Shown here one piece after another: positions 20,024 to 29,626 of a stretch of DNA of 64,000 bases; the first letter of the stretch is position 1, and every line of letters begins with the position of its first letter. Below the pieces are notes generated by a model. The model was not told where the DNA came from, searched no databases, and saw only the letters and a list, made by a program, of their open reading frames with translations. Made by a program: the position numbers and the translations under genes. This DNA is from an uncultured Bacteroidota bacterium. Lineage in GTDB: Bacteria > CLD3 > SB21. The stretch is from NCBI GenBank assembly GCA_964563165.1, contig CAZLWA010000005.1, positions 131,240 to 195,239 on the forward strand. The letters are read 5' to 3'.

Positions 20024-22021
20024 ATGGATCTGATCATTCTCTTAATTCCGACAATTCCTCTGGCCGGGGCGATTGTCAATGTTTTCTTTGGAACGCGGTT
20101 CGAGAAGCACGGGGCACCTTCCGAACATGCCGAAGCGCATTCAAAACCCATTGCCGCTTATCTCGCATGCGCTACCGTTGGAATTTCATTTATCCTGTCA
20201 CTCGTTGTTTTTTCTAAAGTTCTAAACGGTGAGAAATTCAATCTTGATTATTTTGACTGGATCGTTGTTGTCAATCTCAAAATCACTTTCGGATTCCTGA
20301 TCGATCAATTATCAGGCGTAATGCTCTTGATTGTAACCGGAATAGGATTCCTGATCCACGTCTATTCCCTAGGCTATATGGAGCATGATCCCGACAGGCC
20401 GAGGTTTTTCACTTATTTGAATTTGTTTATTTTTTCGATGCTCATGCTCGTGATGGGCAATAATCTAGTTGTGATGTTCTTAGGATGGGAAGGCGTTGGT
20501 CTTTGCTCTTACTTACTTATCGGTTACTATTATAAGAAGCAGAGTGCCACGGATGCCGCGAATAAGGCTTTTATCGTTAACCGCATAGGAGATTTCGGAT
20601 TTGGATTAGGGATATTTCTTATTTTTTCAACATTTGGCACCGTTCACTTTGAACCTCTATTCAAGGCCATAGAAGTATACCCGAATATCTTTTCGATAGG
20701 GACGACCATGACAACGATCGGAATGCTGTTATTTATAGGCGCGATGGGTAAATCTGCGCAGATTCCCCTCTATACGTGGCTGCCGGACGCGATGGAAGGT
20801 CCGACGCCGGTGTCGGCATTGATTCACGCGGCGACGATGGTCACAGCGGGCGTTTTCATGGTTGCGCGATGTAATCCGATATTTTCATTTGATATCGGGC
20901 CGGCTGGATATGTTTTTGGGCTGAGCGCAGGAGATCTGGTGACTTATACGGGCTGCGCAACGGCCCTGTTTGCCGCTACGATAGGATTAGCTCAAACAGA
21001 TATAAAGAAAGTTCTCGCATACTCAACCGTAAGCCAATTAGGATATATGTTTATCGGCGTTGGCGTAGGGGCTTATTCGGCCGGAATTTTTCACTTACTG
21101 ACTCATGCGTTTTTCAAAGCTCTATTGTTCTTGGGCGCGGGCAGCGTTATTCACGTCATGGAACATGGATTTCAAAAGGCCGGAGTGCACGATGATCCTC
21201 AAGATATTCGCAACATGGGCGGTTTGTTCTCAAAAGCTAAAATTACGGCGATCACGTTTATCATCGGATGGATTGCAATCAGCGGAATTCCTCCTTTTTC
21301 AGGGTTTTTCAGCAAAGATGAGATCTTGTCCTCCGCATATGAACACGGACATAACGGAGTTTTCTGGCTCGGCATTATCGGCGCAACTATTACCGCGTTT
21401 TATATGTCCCGACTGGTGTTCCTCACGTTTTTTGGAGAGAGTCGTACTAAGCCCGAAGCGCGAGAACATCTGAAAGATTCCGGTTTCACAATGACGGTGC
21501 CGTTGATGATTCTTGCGTTTTTTGCCGTAATTGCCGGATTCATTGGAATTCCAGAAGTCTTGGGCGGGGATAACTGGTTCAAACATTTTCTCGCTCCGGT
21601 GTTAGGTGAACATCCGGCACCGCATGGCGAACACGGTTTCAGTGAAGAGATCTTACTGGCTATTTCCGTTCTTGCCGGTGTTGTCGGAATTGGCCTTGCC
21701 TATACGATGTACATACTCAGGAGAATTGACCCTGAGAAGCTGGCGCTGGACTATAAACCCATTTATGAGACTATTTATCATAAATATTACGTTGACGAAG
21801 CGTATGATAAATTCATTGTTCAACCGATCAAATGGGTGTCTGACAAGATTCTCTGGAAAGGCGTTGACACCAAGATCATTGACGGCTTGATCTACCTTCT
21901 TGTGATAACGCTTGACCTTATCGGTCGAATACTTCGGTTATTTCAAACGGGGTATGTGCAAACCTACGCGTTTTTCATATCACTCGGCGTTGCGATTATT
22001 ATCTATTATATCATGAAATAG
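20024..22021 (+). CDS. nuoL: NADH-quinone oxidoreductase subunit L.
   Basis: 665 aa antiporter-like subunit (WLPDAMEGPTPVSALIHAATMVTAG) with the long C-terminal amphipathic extension. Confidence 0.9.
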   Translation: MDLIILLIPTIPLAGAIVNVFFGTRFEKHGAPSEHAEAHSKPIAAYLACATVGISFILSLVVFSKVLNGEKFNLDYFDWIVVVNLKITFGFLIDQLSGVMLLIVTGIGFLIHVYSLGYMEHDPDRPRFFTYLNLFIFSMLMLVMGNNLVVMFLGWEGVGLCSYLLIGYYYKKQSATDAANKAFIVNRIGDFGFGLGIFLIFSTFGTVHFEPLFKAIEVYPNIFSIGTTMTTIGMLLFIGAMGKSAQIPLYTWLPDAMEGPTPVSALIHAATMVTAGVFMVARCNPIFSFDIGPAGYVFGLSAGDLVTYTGCATALFAATIGLAQTDIKKVLAYSTVSQLGYMFIGVGVGAYSAGIFHLLTHAFFKALLFLGAGSVIHVMEHGFQKAGVHDDPQDIRNMGGLFSKAKITAITFIIGWIAISGIPPFSGFFSKDEILSSAYEHGHNGVFWLGIIGATITAFYMSRLVFLTFFGESRTKPEAREHLKDSGFTMTVPLMILAFFAVIAGFIGIPEVLGGDNWFKHFLAPVLGEHPAPHGEHGFSEEILLAISVLAGVVGIGLAYTMYILRRIDPEKLALDYKPIYETIYHKYYVDEAYDKFIVQPIKWVSDKILWKGVDTKIIDGLIYLLVITLDLIGRILRLFQTGYVQTYAFFISLGVAIIIYYIMK

Positions 22022-22050
22022 TATTGGGTTCAATATAACGAGGCTCTCAG

Positions 22051-23637
22051 ATGGAAGAAATTTATAGCGCCATAGTTTTATCGCTGATCATATTCGTCCC
22101 GATAGTCGGAGTGTTTGTTCTCGCCTTTATTGATAACAAGAAAGAATACCTCATTAAGGTCATTACATTTGCCTTTACCACGCTCGTGTTTCTTGTTTCA
22201 GTTCCGATGTATTTCGTATACAATTCGGCGAACCCGGAGATGCAATTTGTTTACAAAGCCAATTGGATCGTTAATTGGGGCGCATATTATTCCATCGGAA
22301 TTGACGGATTGAGCCTTTTGCTGATCTTGTTAACCACTTTTACCATGCCCTTGGCCGTGGTTGCTTCCTGGAAGAGCATTCACTTCCATGTTAAGGGATT
22401 CATGATCGCTCTGTTACTTTTGGATGCAGGGATGGTCGGCGTGTTCGTTGCCCGCGATCTCCTTTTGTTCTATGTGTTTTGGGAAGCCATGCTGATTCCA
22501 ATGTACCTTATCATTGGAATTTGGGGCCATGATAATCGGATCAAGGCGGCCGTAACGTTCTTTATATATACCATGGCGGGAAGTTTGTTTATGCTGGTTG
22601 CTATCATTTATATGTATTTTCAGACTGCGCCCGTCGCAGTGGATGGCCTGATGACATCATTGCATTCGTTTGCTATAGAAGATTTTTCCAAAATACAATT
22701 GCCGTACGAAACCCAGTATTTGTTGTTCTTGTCATTTGCGTTGGCGTTCGCCGTGAAAGTACCTTTGTTTCCTTTTCACACGTGGCTTCCATTGGCCCAC
22801 GTGGAAGCGCCGACCGCGGGTTCGGTTGACCTTGCTGCGATTCTTCTGAAAATGGGGCCTTACGGGTTCTTACGATTCTGCATTCCGTTCTTTCCGACGG
22901 TTTCGCAAGAACTGACTCCGTTTATCATCGCTCTGGCTTTGATTGGGGTTGTCTATGGGGCTCTGGTAGCGATGGTTCAGCCGAATGCCAAGAAATTAGT
23001 CGCCTACTCATCCGTGAGCCACTTGGGATTTGTCATGCTGGGGATTTATTCAATGAATATTCAGGCCTGGCAGGGCAGTATGATGATCATGATCGGTCAC
23101 GGAGTTTCAACGAGTGCACTCTTTTTGATGGTTGGAATGTTGTACGACCGGAGGCATACGCATGAAATTGATAAATTCGGCGGATTGTGGAAGGTCATTC
23201 CAGCATTTTCTGTGATATTCATGGTCGTATGTATGTCCTCGCTGGGCTTGCCCGGAACCAACGGATTTATCGGCGAATTTTTGGTGCTCCTCGGAACCTT
23301 TGGCTCGACGATCTTACATTCGAAGTTGTATGCAACCATTGCCATGACGGGCGTCATTCTTGGAGCGGTTTATTTACTATGGATGTATCAGCGGGTCATA
23401 TTCGGAGAAATAAAACACGAAGAAAACAGAACGTTGAAGGATCTGTCCTTGCGAGAATACTGTCTGATCATCCCTTTTGTAATTATTATTTTCTGGATGG
23501 GTGTTTATCCTAAAACGTTGACTGACAAAACCGAAGCGACCATGCAAAAGTACCTCAAGAATTATCGCACGGCAATTGAGCAAAACAAGAACAAAGAGGA
23601 AATTAAGAAACCAATTTCCGTCAAAGAAATCAAATAG
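22051..23637 (+). CDS. nuoM: NADH-quinone oxidoreductase subunit M.
   Basis: 528 aa antiporter-like subunit (FPFHTWLPLAHVEAPTAGSV). Confidence 0.9.
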   Translation: MEEIYSAIVLSLIIFVPIVGVFVLAFIDNKKEYLIKVITFAFTTLVFLVSVPMYFVYNSANPEMQFVYKANWIVNWGAYYSIGIDGLSLLLILLTTFTMPLAVVASWKSIHFHVKGFMIALLLLDAGMVGVFVARDLLLFYVFWEAMLIPMYLIIGIWGHDNRIKAAVTFFIYTMAGSLFMLVAIIYMYFQTAPVAVDGLMTSLHSFAIEDFSKIQLPYETQYLLFLSFALAFAVKVPLFPFHTWLPLAHVEAPTAGSVDLAAILLKMGPYGFLRFCIPFFPTVSQELTPFIIALALIGVVYGALVAMVQPNAKKLVAYSSVSHLGFVMLGIYSMNIQAWQGSMMIMIGHGVSTSALFLMVGMLYDRRHTHEIDKFGGLWKVIPAFSVIFMVVCMSSLGLPGTNGFIGEFLVLLGTFGSTILHSKLYATIAMTGVILGAVYLLWMYQRVIFGEIKHEENRTLKDLSLREYCLIIPFVIIIFWMGVYPKTLTDKTEATMQKYLKNYRTAIEQNKNKEEIKKPISVKEIK

Positions 23638-23648
23638 AAACGTACCAC

Positions 23649-24641
23649 GTGAAAACGAATGTTCTTCTTGTTCTTTGTTTTTTTTTCGCTCTCCGGCCGC
23701 TGCAGGCTGACAATGGGTACGCCGAATCATCGGACGGCGTAAGAATTTATTACGAACAATCGGGGCAGGGTGAACCTCTCGTTTTGATCGGGAGAGGGCC
23801 CGGAAGCTCCCATACGTACTTCAAACCTTATTTCAATAAGTTAGAAAAGATTTTCTCGATTATTTATTTTGACGCACGCGGCCGCGGCCGTTCGACGAAA
23901 CCTGCGCGTTCCGATTCATATACCGTGGACAAAGATGCGGATGACCTTGAAAATTTGCGCAAGCATCTAGGTTACGAAACGATCAATGTATTCGGCCATT
24001 CGTTCGGCGGAATCGTGGCGCAAAGCTACGCGATCCGTTATCCGGATCGCGTGAAGCACCTGATCTTGTGCAATACGTTTCACAGCGCGAAAGGCTGGCA
24101 AAGCAACATTGATAACTGCAACCGCCGCATTCAGGAAAGCTATCCCGGCGTCTGGAAAAAACTCTACCAAATGCGTGCGGAGTCCAAATCCAATACAATA
24201 GCATGGAGAAAACTTTATGACCCATGTATTGAAAATTTGTATTGGAATAGTGTTGAAAAAAAGAAAAAATTCTTTAGGAAATACGAAACGATCAAGGCAG
24301 GGGCGGATCAATTTGCGGACGAGGTCTATTACGCGATGATCGGCGAGGATCCCGACGTAGAGGTCGGCGGGACGATGAAAGATTTCGATCTCAGAAGTGA
24401 TTTGGACAAGATCAGGGTGCCGGCACTGATTTTGGCAGGCCGCGCCGATCAGATTGCAACCGTGCGGCAAGCAGCGGAAATCCAGGAATTGATTCCAAAA
24501 GCGAAGCTTCATATATTCGACGAAAGCGGGCACTATCCCTTCGTCGAAGAAAACGCTTCATTTACGAAGACCGTTGAAACATTCATCGTTAATAAGAAAA
24601 AGAGAAATAAAAAAACGACGACTAATTTGACACAGGAATGA
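23649..24641 (+). CDS. Secreted alpha/beta-hydrolase (proline iminopeptidase / aminopeptidase-like fold).
   Basis: GTG start 11 nt after nuoM. Signal peptide MKTNVLLVLCFFFALRPLQA. Nucleophile elbow GHSFGG, with a later Asp/His. Length is 330 aa. Confidence 0.65.
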   Translation: MKTNVLLVLCFFFALRPLQADNGYAESSDGVRIYYEQSGQGEPLVLIGRGPGSSHTYFKPYFNKLEKIFSIIYFDARGRGRSTKPARSDSYTVDKDADDLENLRKHLGYETINVFGHSFGGIVAQSYAIRYPDRVKHLILCNTFHSAKGWQSNIDNCNRRIQESYPGVWKKLYQMRAESKSNTIAWRKLYDPCIENLYWNSVEKKKKFFRKYETIKAGADQFADEVYYAMIGEDPDVEVGGTMKDFDLRSDLDKIRVPALILAGRADQIATVRQAAEIQELIPKAKLHIFDESGHYPFVEENASFTKTVETFIVNKKKRNKKTTTNLTQE

Positions 24642-24645
24642 TTTC

Positions 24646-27600
24646 TTGAGCCAGTCCCATTACATCATTTGCCCGAGCTGCGCAAAAACCAACACCTTCG
24701 ACCAGGGATTGGCGGCGTGCGTCTACTGTAAATACACATTTGCGTCCCACGTGGATGAATTTCCGCAAAAATACGCCTCGCAGCTAGCCTCCGCTGATTA
24801 CGCTACAACGGTTGAGCAAATCCTACTGGATATCTCCCGGCAGGGATTTGAAGACTCGGCTTATCTGATCCAGGCTTTGTTTAGCGGTAATTATAACAAC
24901 GATACGGATTTCAGGACCATCGGCTTGGCCTTGCATGCGGTCCATAAAGACGCTCTTGCTTTAACATGCTGCGAACGCGCGCTGCAAATAAATCCTCAGG
25001 ATTCATGGAATCACCATGGCGTGGCCGTTTGTTATGAGCCAATCGGCGTGCAGGATAAAGCATTGAAACACGCGCAAGAAGCCGTTCGGCTCCTGCCGAC
25101 GGAAACGGCACATCACAATCTGCTGGCCGACATTTATGATAAACAAAGCCTGTTTACACTTGCGGCAAAATCGTATTTGCACGGGATGGCTATTTCCGGC
25201 ACCTATGAGAGGAACTTCGATAATCTTGTCGATGATGCGGTGGACCTGGTACAGTTGGAAGCTTATCAAGCGGAATTATTGAAAACTTATTCTCAATCCG
25301 TGGTCCTCTATCAGGCGATGGGCAACTTATATCTGGCAAAATTACAATTTGAAAAGGCAGAGGATAATTACAAGAAAGCCGCCTCGTTAAAGCCCAATCA
25401 GCCGACGCTGCTCAATAAACTGGCGGAAGTTTATCAAAAAGAAAATAAAATCGATCAGGCGCTCGACGAATATAAGAAAATCCTCGTGTTTGACGATAAG
25501 AATATTGAAACGCTGCGAAACCTCGGCCGGCTCTATAAAGAAAAAGCACACTGGGCGGAAGCGCTAAAATATTTTGAAAACATTTTGAATCTCAATTCTA
25601 AAGACAGCAATGCGGCTTACGAGACCAAAGAAATGTATCGCAAGCTGAATAATCCACAAAAAGCCATCGAAGTGATGACGAGCTATCAGAGGGCGGACGC
25701 GAGCTATTTCAACTGGGCTATGCATCATATTTTTGAAATTTTGTATTATGACCTAAAAGAAGATAAGCAGTTGTGCGAGCTCGTTGAAAAGACCTATCCC
25801 AATAAGATCAGCGATTCGTTTGTCTACGATTATTACGGCTACAGTTTGATGAACTTAGGCCGCCTCGAAGAAGCGGTGAAGTCTTTCGGACGATTCGTCG
25901 AACTGGAACCGAAGAATGCCCGCGTGATGCGTGAGCTGGGCCGTGTATTTTGCGATCTGCAGAAATACCAGGAAGCGATTGAGGTTCTGACCAAATCATT
26001 TACTATCGAGAATAAGAATTCGTACGGGTACTATTATGTCGCGCTGGCCTATCACAAATTAGGTAAAGATGATATTGCCAAGAAAATGCTGTTGGAAGGG
26101 AAGCAATTCGATCCGAATTATAAGTGGTTTGACGACCTGCTTGCTGAAATTGATCCGAATTATCAAATTGCAGCGCCCACGGAAACCTCTCACCAGGACA
26201 CCACTTCCACGGCCGGGATTTTGGGCGAAACCGTCGTCACCGGGCTTCCTAATTTTCTGCGCGATTTGACACAATTAGCCAAAGAGAATAAAATTGATAA
26301 TATTTTCGGCCGTGAAAACGAATTACTCGAGGTCATTGAGGTTTTGTGTCGCCGGAGCAAGGCGAATCCGCTAATCGTCGGGCAGCCGGGTGTCGGCAAA
26401 ACCGTATTGGTGAACGGTTTGGCACATTTACTTGCGAAAGGAGAGGTGCCGGATATCTTGCGCGACTACCGCTTACTGGAATTGGAAGTGTTTGCGGTAG
26501 TAGCCGGAACACGCTACGTCGGAACCCTGGAGCAAAAATTCATGCAGTTGGCGCAATTTTGCCGAACGAATAAAGTGATCATCTTTATCGATGAGCTTCA
26601 CACGCTGATGGGCGCGGGTTCCTACAGTTCGCATGAGACAGGCGGTTTGGATGAGATGTTCAAGCCGCTGATGACCCAGCCGGATTTTAAATTGATCGGC
26701 GCCACGACGAATGAAGAATACCAGAAAAATATTGCCAAAAGCGGCGCATTCGACAGGCGCTTTACGCGCATCACCGTGTTTGAACCGGCCAAAGATGAAA
26801 CGATCAAGATTCTGGAATCCATGCGGGGGAAATTAGAGACGTTTTATCATGTGGAGATCACGGAAAAGATCTTGCGTACCGTACTTGAGTTATCGGACAA
26901 ATACGTGAAAAATCGTTTCTTTCCGGATAAAGCCTGCGATATACTTGAACGTGCAGCCATCAAAGCGAGTCTATCGCGGCCTCGCGACAGTAAGGAAACT
27001 TTAGCCGTGAACGAACATCATGTGGTTCAAGCGGTTTCGCAGATAACGCGTATTCCGGAAAGCAATATTCAGATTGATGCTATGAGCGGAATGATCTCAC
27101 TGGAGGATCAATTGCGCATGCGGGTGATCGGTCAGGAAGAGGCCATTACGAAAGTTGCGGAAGTCGTTCGGATGACCAAGAGCGGTTTGGATGTTAATCC
27201 CGAAAGGCCGGACGGAGTATTCCTGTTTGTCGGACCGACCGGAGTTGGAAAAACAGAATTGGCGAAAGCTTTGGCTGAAGCGCTGGAAGGCAGCGAAAAG
27301 CGCCTCGTCCGGATTGACATGTCCGAATACAGTGATCAATACGCGCTGTCGAAACTCATCGGCACCGCACCCGGTTTTGTCGGCTATGATGACGAAGGAC
27401 GTTTAACTAAGGCGGTACGGGAAGACCCGTCGGCGGTTATACTCCTGGATGAAATTGAAAAAGCGCATACGAAAATCCACGAAGCGTTTTTGCAGGTATT
27501 TGATGATGGGCGAATGACGGACGGAAAAGGACAAACGATTTCTTTTTCACACAGTACGATTATCATGACGTCGAACCTTGGTTCGGAGCACATTTACGGC

Positions 27601-28014
27601 AAATCGAAACTGGGTTTTGGGACTGCGCATACGGACGCGCATAAAGAAATTTCGGATGGCATTACCGATTCACTCAGAAAACATTTTAGTCCCGAATTTC
27701 TGAACCGCATTGACGAGATCATCGTTTTCCAGCAGCTGGATGAAAGTGTATTACGGCAGATTGCCCGGCAAAAAATTGACGCCATTGTGAAGCGGTTCGA
27801 AGAAAAGGAAATCCGTATTAATGTAGCCAGTGAAATTGTTGATCTCTGCGTTCGAGGCCTGGACAACAAGCGTGAGGGCGCACGGGGAGTGAACCGGTCG
27901 TTGGAAGATCTGATTTCAAGACCGCTGTCGCGTGTGATGATCCAAAATCCGGGCTGCCGCGTGTATAATATTACCCGGCACGAGGATAAAGTGGTAGTAC
28001 TGAGAGGCATGTAG
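24646..28014 (+). CDS. Zn-ribbon / TPR / double-AAA+ ATPase of the ClpA/ClpC type. It has no Clp_N domain and no ClpB middle domain, and carries an LGF-type putative ClpP-docking tripeptide.
   Basis: TTG start 4 nt after the hydrolase stop. N-terminus is CPSC...CVYC, followed by roughly 12 TPR-like helical repeats. The D1 domain matches ClpA/B/C (GRENELLEVIEVLCRRSKANPLIVGQPGVGKT; Walker B IIFIDELH). The D2 domain matches too (VFLFVGPTGVGKTELAKALAEAL; VILLDEIEKAH). KLGFGT occupies the position of the ClpA IGL / ClpC VGF loop. Confidence 0.8.
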   Translation: MSQSHYIICPSCAKTNTFDQGLAACVYCKYTFASHVDEFPQKYASQLASADYATTVEQILLDISRQGFEDSAYLIQALFSGNYNNDTDFRTIGLALHAVHKDALALTCCERALQINPQDSWNHHGVAVCYEPIGVQDKALKHAQEAVRLLPTETAHHNLLADIYDKQSLFTLAAKSYLHGMAISGTYERNFDNLVDDAVDLVQLEAYQAELLKTYSQSVVLYQAMGNLYLAKLQFEKAEDNYKKAASLKPNQPTLLNKLAEVYQKENKIDQALDEYKKILVFDDKNIETLRNLGRLYKEKAHWAEALKYFENILNLNSKDSNAAYETKEMYRKLNNPQKAIEVMTSYQRADASYFNWAMHHIFEILYYDLKEDKQLCELVEKTYPNKISDSFVYDYYGYSLMNLGRLEEAVKSFGRFVELEPKNARVMRELGRVFCDLQKYQEAIEVLTKSFTIENKNSYGYYYVALAYHKLGKDDIAKKMLLEGKQFDPNYKWFDDLLAEIDPNYQIAAPTETSHQDTTSTAGILGETVVTGLPNFLRDLTQLAKENKIDNIFGRENELLEVIEVLCRRSKANPLIVGQPGVGKTVLVNGLAHLLAKGEVPDILRDYRLLELEVFAVVAGTRYVGTLEQKFMQLAQFCRTNKVIIFIDELHTLMGAGSYSSHETGGLDEMFKPLMTQPDFKLIGATTNEEYQKNIAKSGAFDRRFTRITVFEPAKDETIKILESMRGKLETFYHVEITEKILRTVLELSDKYVKNRFFPDKACDILERAAIKASLSRPRDSKETLAVNEHHVVQAVSQITRIPESNIQIDAMSGMISLEDQLRMRVIGQEEAITKVAEVVRMTKSGLDVNPERPDGVFLFVGPTGVGKTELAKALAEALEGSEKRLVRIDMSEYSDQYALSKLIGTAPGFVGYDDEGRLTKAVREDPSAVILLDEIEKAHTKIHEAFLQVFDDGRMTDGKGQTISFSHSTIIMTSNLGSEHIYGKSKLGFGTAHTDAHKEISDGITDSLRKHFSPEFLNRIDEIIVFQQLDESVLRQIARQKIDAIVKRFEEKEIRINVASEIVDLCVRGLDNKREGARGVNRSLEDLISRPLSRVMIQNPGCRVYNITRHEDKVVVLRGM

Positions 28015-28065
28015 TGAGACGATCGAAAATCGCAAATCAAAAACTCTAATTCGTTTGGAGGTTAC

Positions 28066-29532
28066 GTGGAGGTCATTATTCCGGATACGAACATGGCGGC
28101 GATCATGCCGCAGATTATTCTGTGCATCGGTGCGTGTTTGGTTTTACTGATGGGCGTTTTCACTCCTTTCTTGCGAAAATGGATCGGCTATATTGCGTTC
28201 GCCACATGCGTTGCCGCTTTGATCAGCGTGTTTACCCTATGGCAGTCAAATCTCGTGGTGTTCAGCGGAATGCTCACTATCAATTACTACACGAATGCTT
28301 TTTGTGCGATCATTTTGATGAGCTCGGCGTTGGTCTGTCTGGTTACGCGGGACGACGTCGATGAACACAAGATCGGAGAGTTTTTCTCGATCGCCCTGAT
28401 GTCCACGATGGGTATGATCATTATGGCTTCGAGTCAAAATCTGATGGTGATCTTTCTCGGTTTGGAGATCATGTCCATAGGGTTGTATATCATGATCGGT
28501 ATGAATCGTGCGCGCGTCCGCTCGCTCGAGGCATCGTTGAAATATTTTCTTCTGGGTGCATTTTCATCCGGATTTTTTCTCTACGGAATTTCTCTCACCT
28601 ACGGTGCGACGGGCAGTTTTGATCTGGTGAAAATAAAATCCTACCTTGACGCCCACAATTTATTAGGCGATCCGCTGATGCTGGCGGGTACGTCGCTCCT
28701 GCTCATCGGGTTCGGCTTTAAGGTGGCGCTCGTCCCGTTTCACATGTGGTCGCCGGATGTTTATCAGGGTTCACCCGCGCCGGTCACGGCATTTATCGCC
28801 ACCGGCCCTAAAGCCGCGGCCTTTGCCGCATTTGCTCGCGTGTATATCGACTCCCTTCCCTCTCTGTCCCTCGAGTGGGCGCCGATATTATTTTGGATAT
28901 CGATCATCAGTATGATCGCAGGAAACTTGCTCGCTCTTATTCAACGCGACATCAAACGCATGTTGGCGTTTTCGAGTATTTCACATGCCGGGTATATTAT
29001 CATGGGAATCATTGCCGGGCCCAAGCTGGCCGAAAGCAATCCTGAATTGGCTCCGGCGGCCATTATCTATTACGTCATGGTTTACACTTTGATGAATGTC
29101 GCTGCATTTACGATCATCCACGTGTTTGAAACGCGTGAAGGAAGAAATTTGAATGTTGAAGATTTTTCGGGATTTGGATTTCGTTATCCTCTGCTGAGCG
29201 TATCCATGTCCATAGCCATGCTATCGATGGCAGGGTTTCCGCTCACCGGCGGCTTCATCGGTAAACTTCAGATCTTTTCAGCGGCCGTTGACGCGGGTTA
29301 TGTCGTTATGACCGTCGTCGCCGTGATCACAACCACGATTTCAGTTTATTATTATCTCGGCGTGATGGTAAATATGTACTTCAAAGATTCTGAAAAGCCG
29401 CTGGACGATATTCACGTTTCACGAACAACCTGGATGACAATTCTGGCGAGCAGTACCGGCTTGATTTTACTGGGCGTGATTCCTTCGATTATCACCGATG
29501 TGGTGAAAGGATTGTTTCACCTTGTTCTTTAA
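28066..29532 (+). CDS. nuoN: NADH-quinone oxidoreductase subunit N.
   Basis: 488 aa antiporter-like subunit (FHMWSPDVYQGSPAPVTAFIATGPKAAAFAAFARV). GTG start with a GGAGG site 5 nt upstream. Confidence 0.9.
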   Translation: MEVIIPDTNMAAIMPQIILCIGACLVLLMGVFTPFLRKWIGYIAFATCVAALISVFTLWQSNLVVFSGMLTINYYTNAFCAIILMSSALVCLVTRDDVDEHKIGEFFSIALMSTMGMIIMASSQNLMVIFLGLEIMSIGLYIMIGMNRARVRSLEASLKYFLLGAFSSGFFLYGISLTYGATGSFDLVKIKSYLDAHNLLGDPLMLAGTSLLLIGFGFKVALVPFHMWSPDVYQGSPAPVTAFIATGPKAAAFAAFARVYIDSLPSLSLEWAPILFWISIISMIAGNLLALIQRDIKRMLAFSSISHAGYIIMGIIAGPKLAESNPELAPAAIIYYVMVYTLMNVAAFTIIHVFETREGRNLNVEDFSGFGFRYPLLSVSMSIAMLSMAGFPLTGGFIGKLQIFSAAVDAGYVVMTVVAVITTTISVYYYLGVMVNMYFKDSEKPLDDIHVSRTTWMTILASSTGLILLGVIPSIITDVVKGLFHLVL

Positions 29533-29626
29533 TGAATGCGTCCCGGTTTGTTAATTATTATGTAACTTTGTGTCTTTGTGGTATAAGCCTCTTCAAAATT
29601 CTCGCCATTCATAATCAAATGCAACC

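Noticed and set aside
29569-29581. Shared 12-mer GTGTCTTTGTGG at 29569 and at about 62270, in the nuoN-ddl and purK-purE spacers.
   Set aside because: A 12-nt exact repeat is expected by chance many times in 64 kb across both strands. No extended similarity surrounds either copy.
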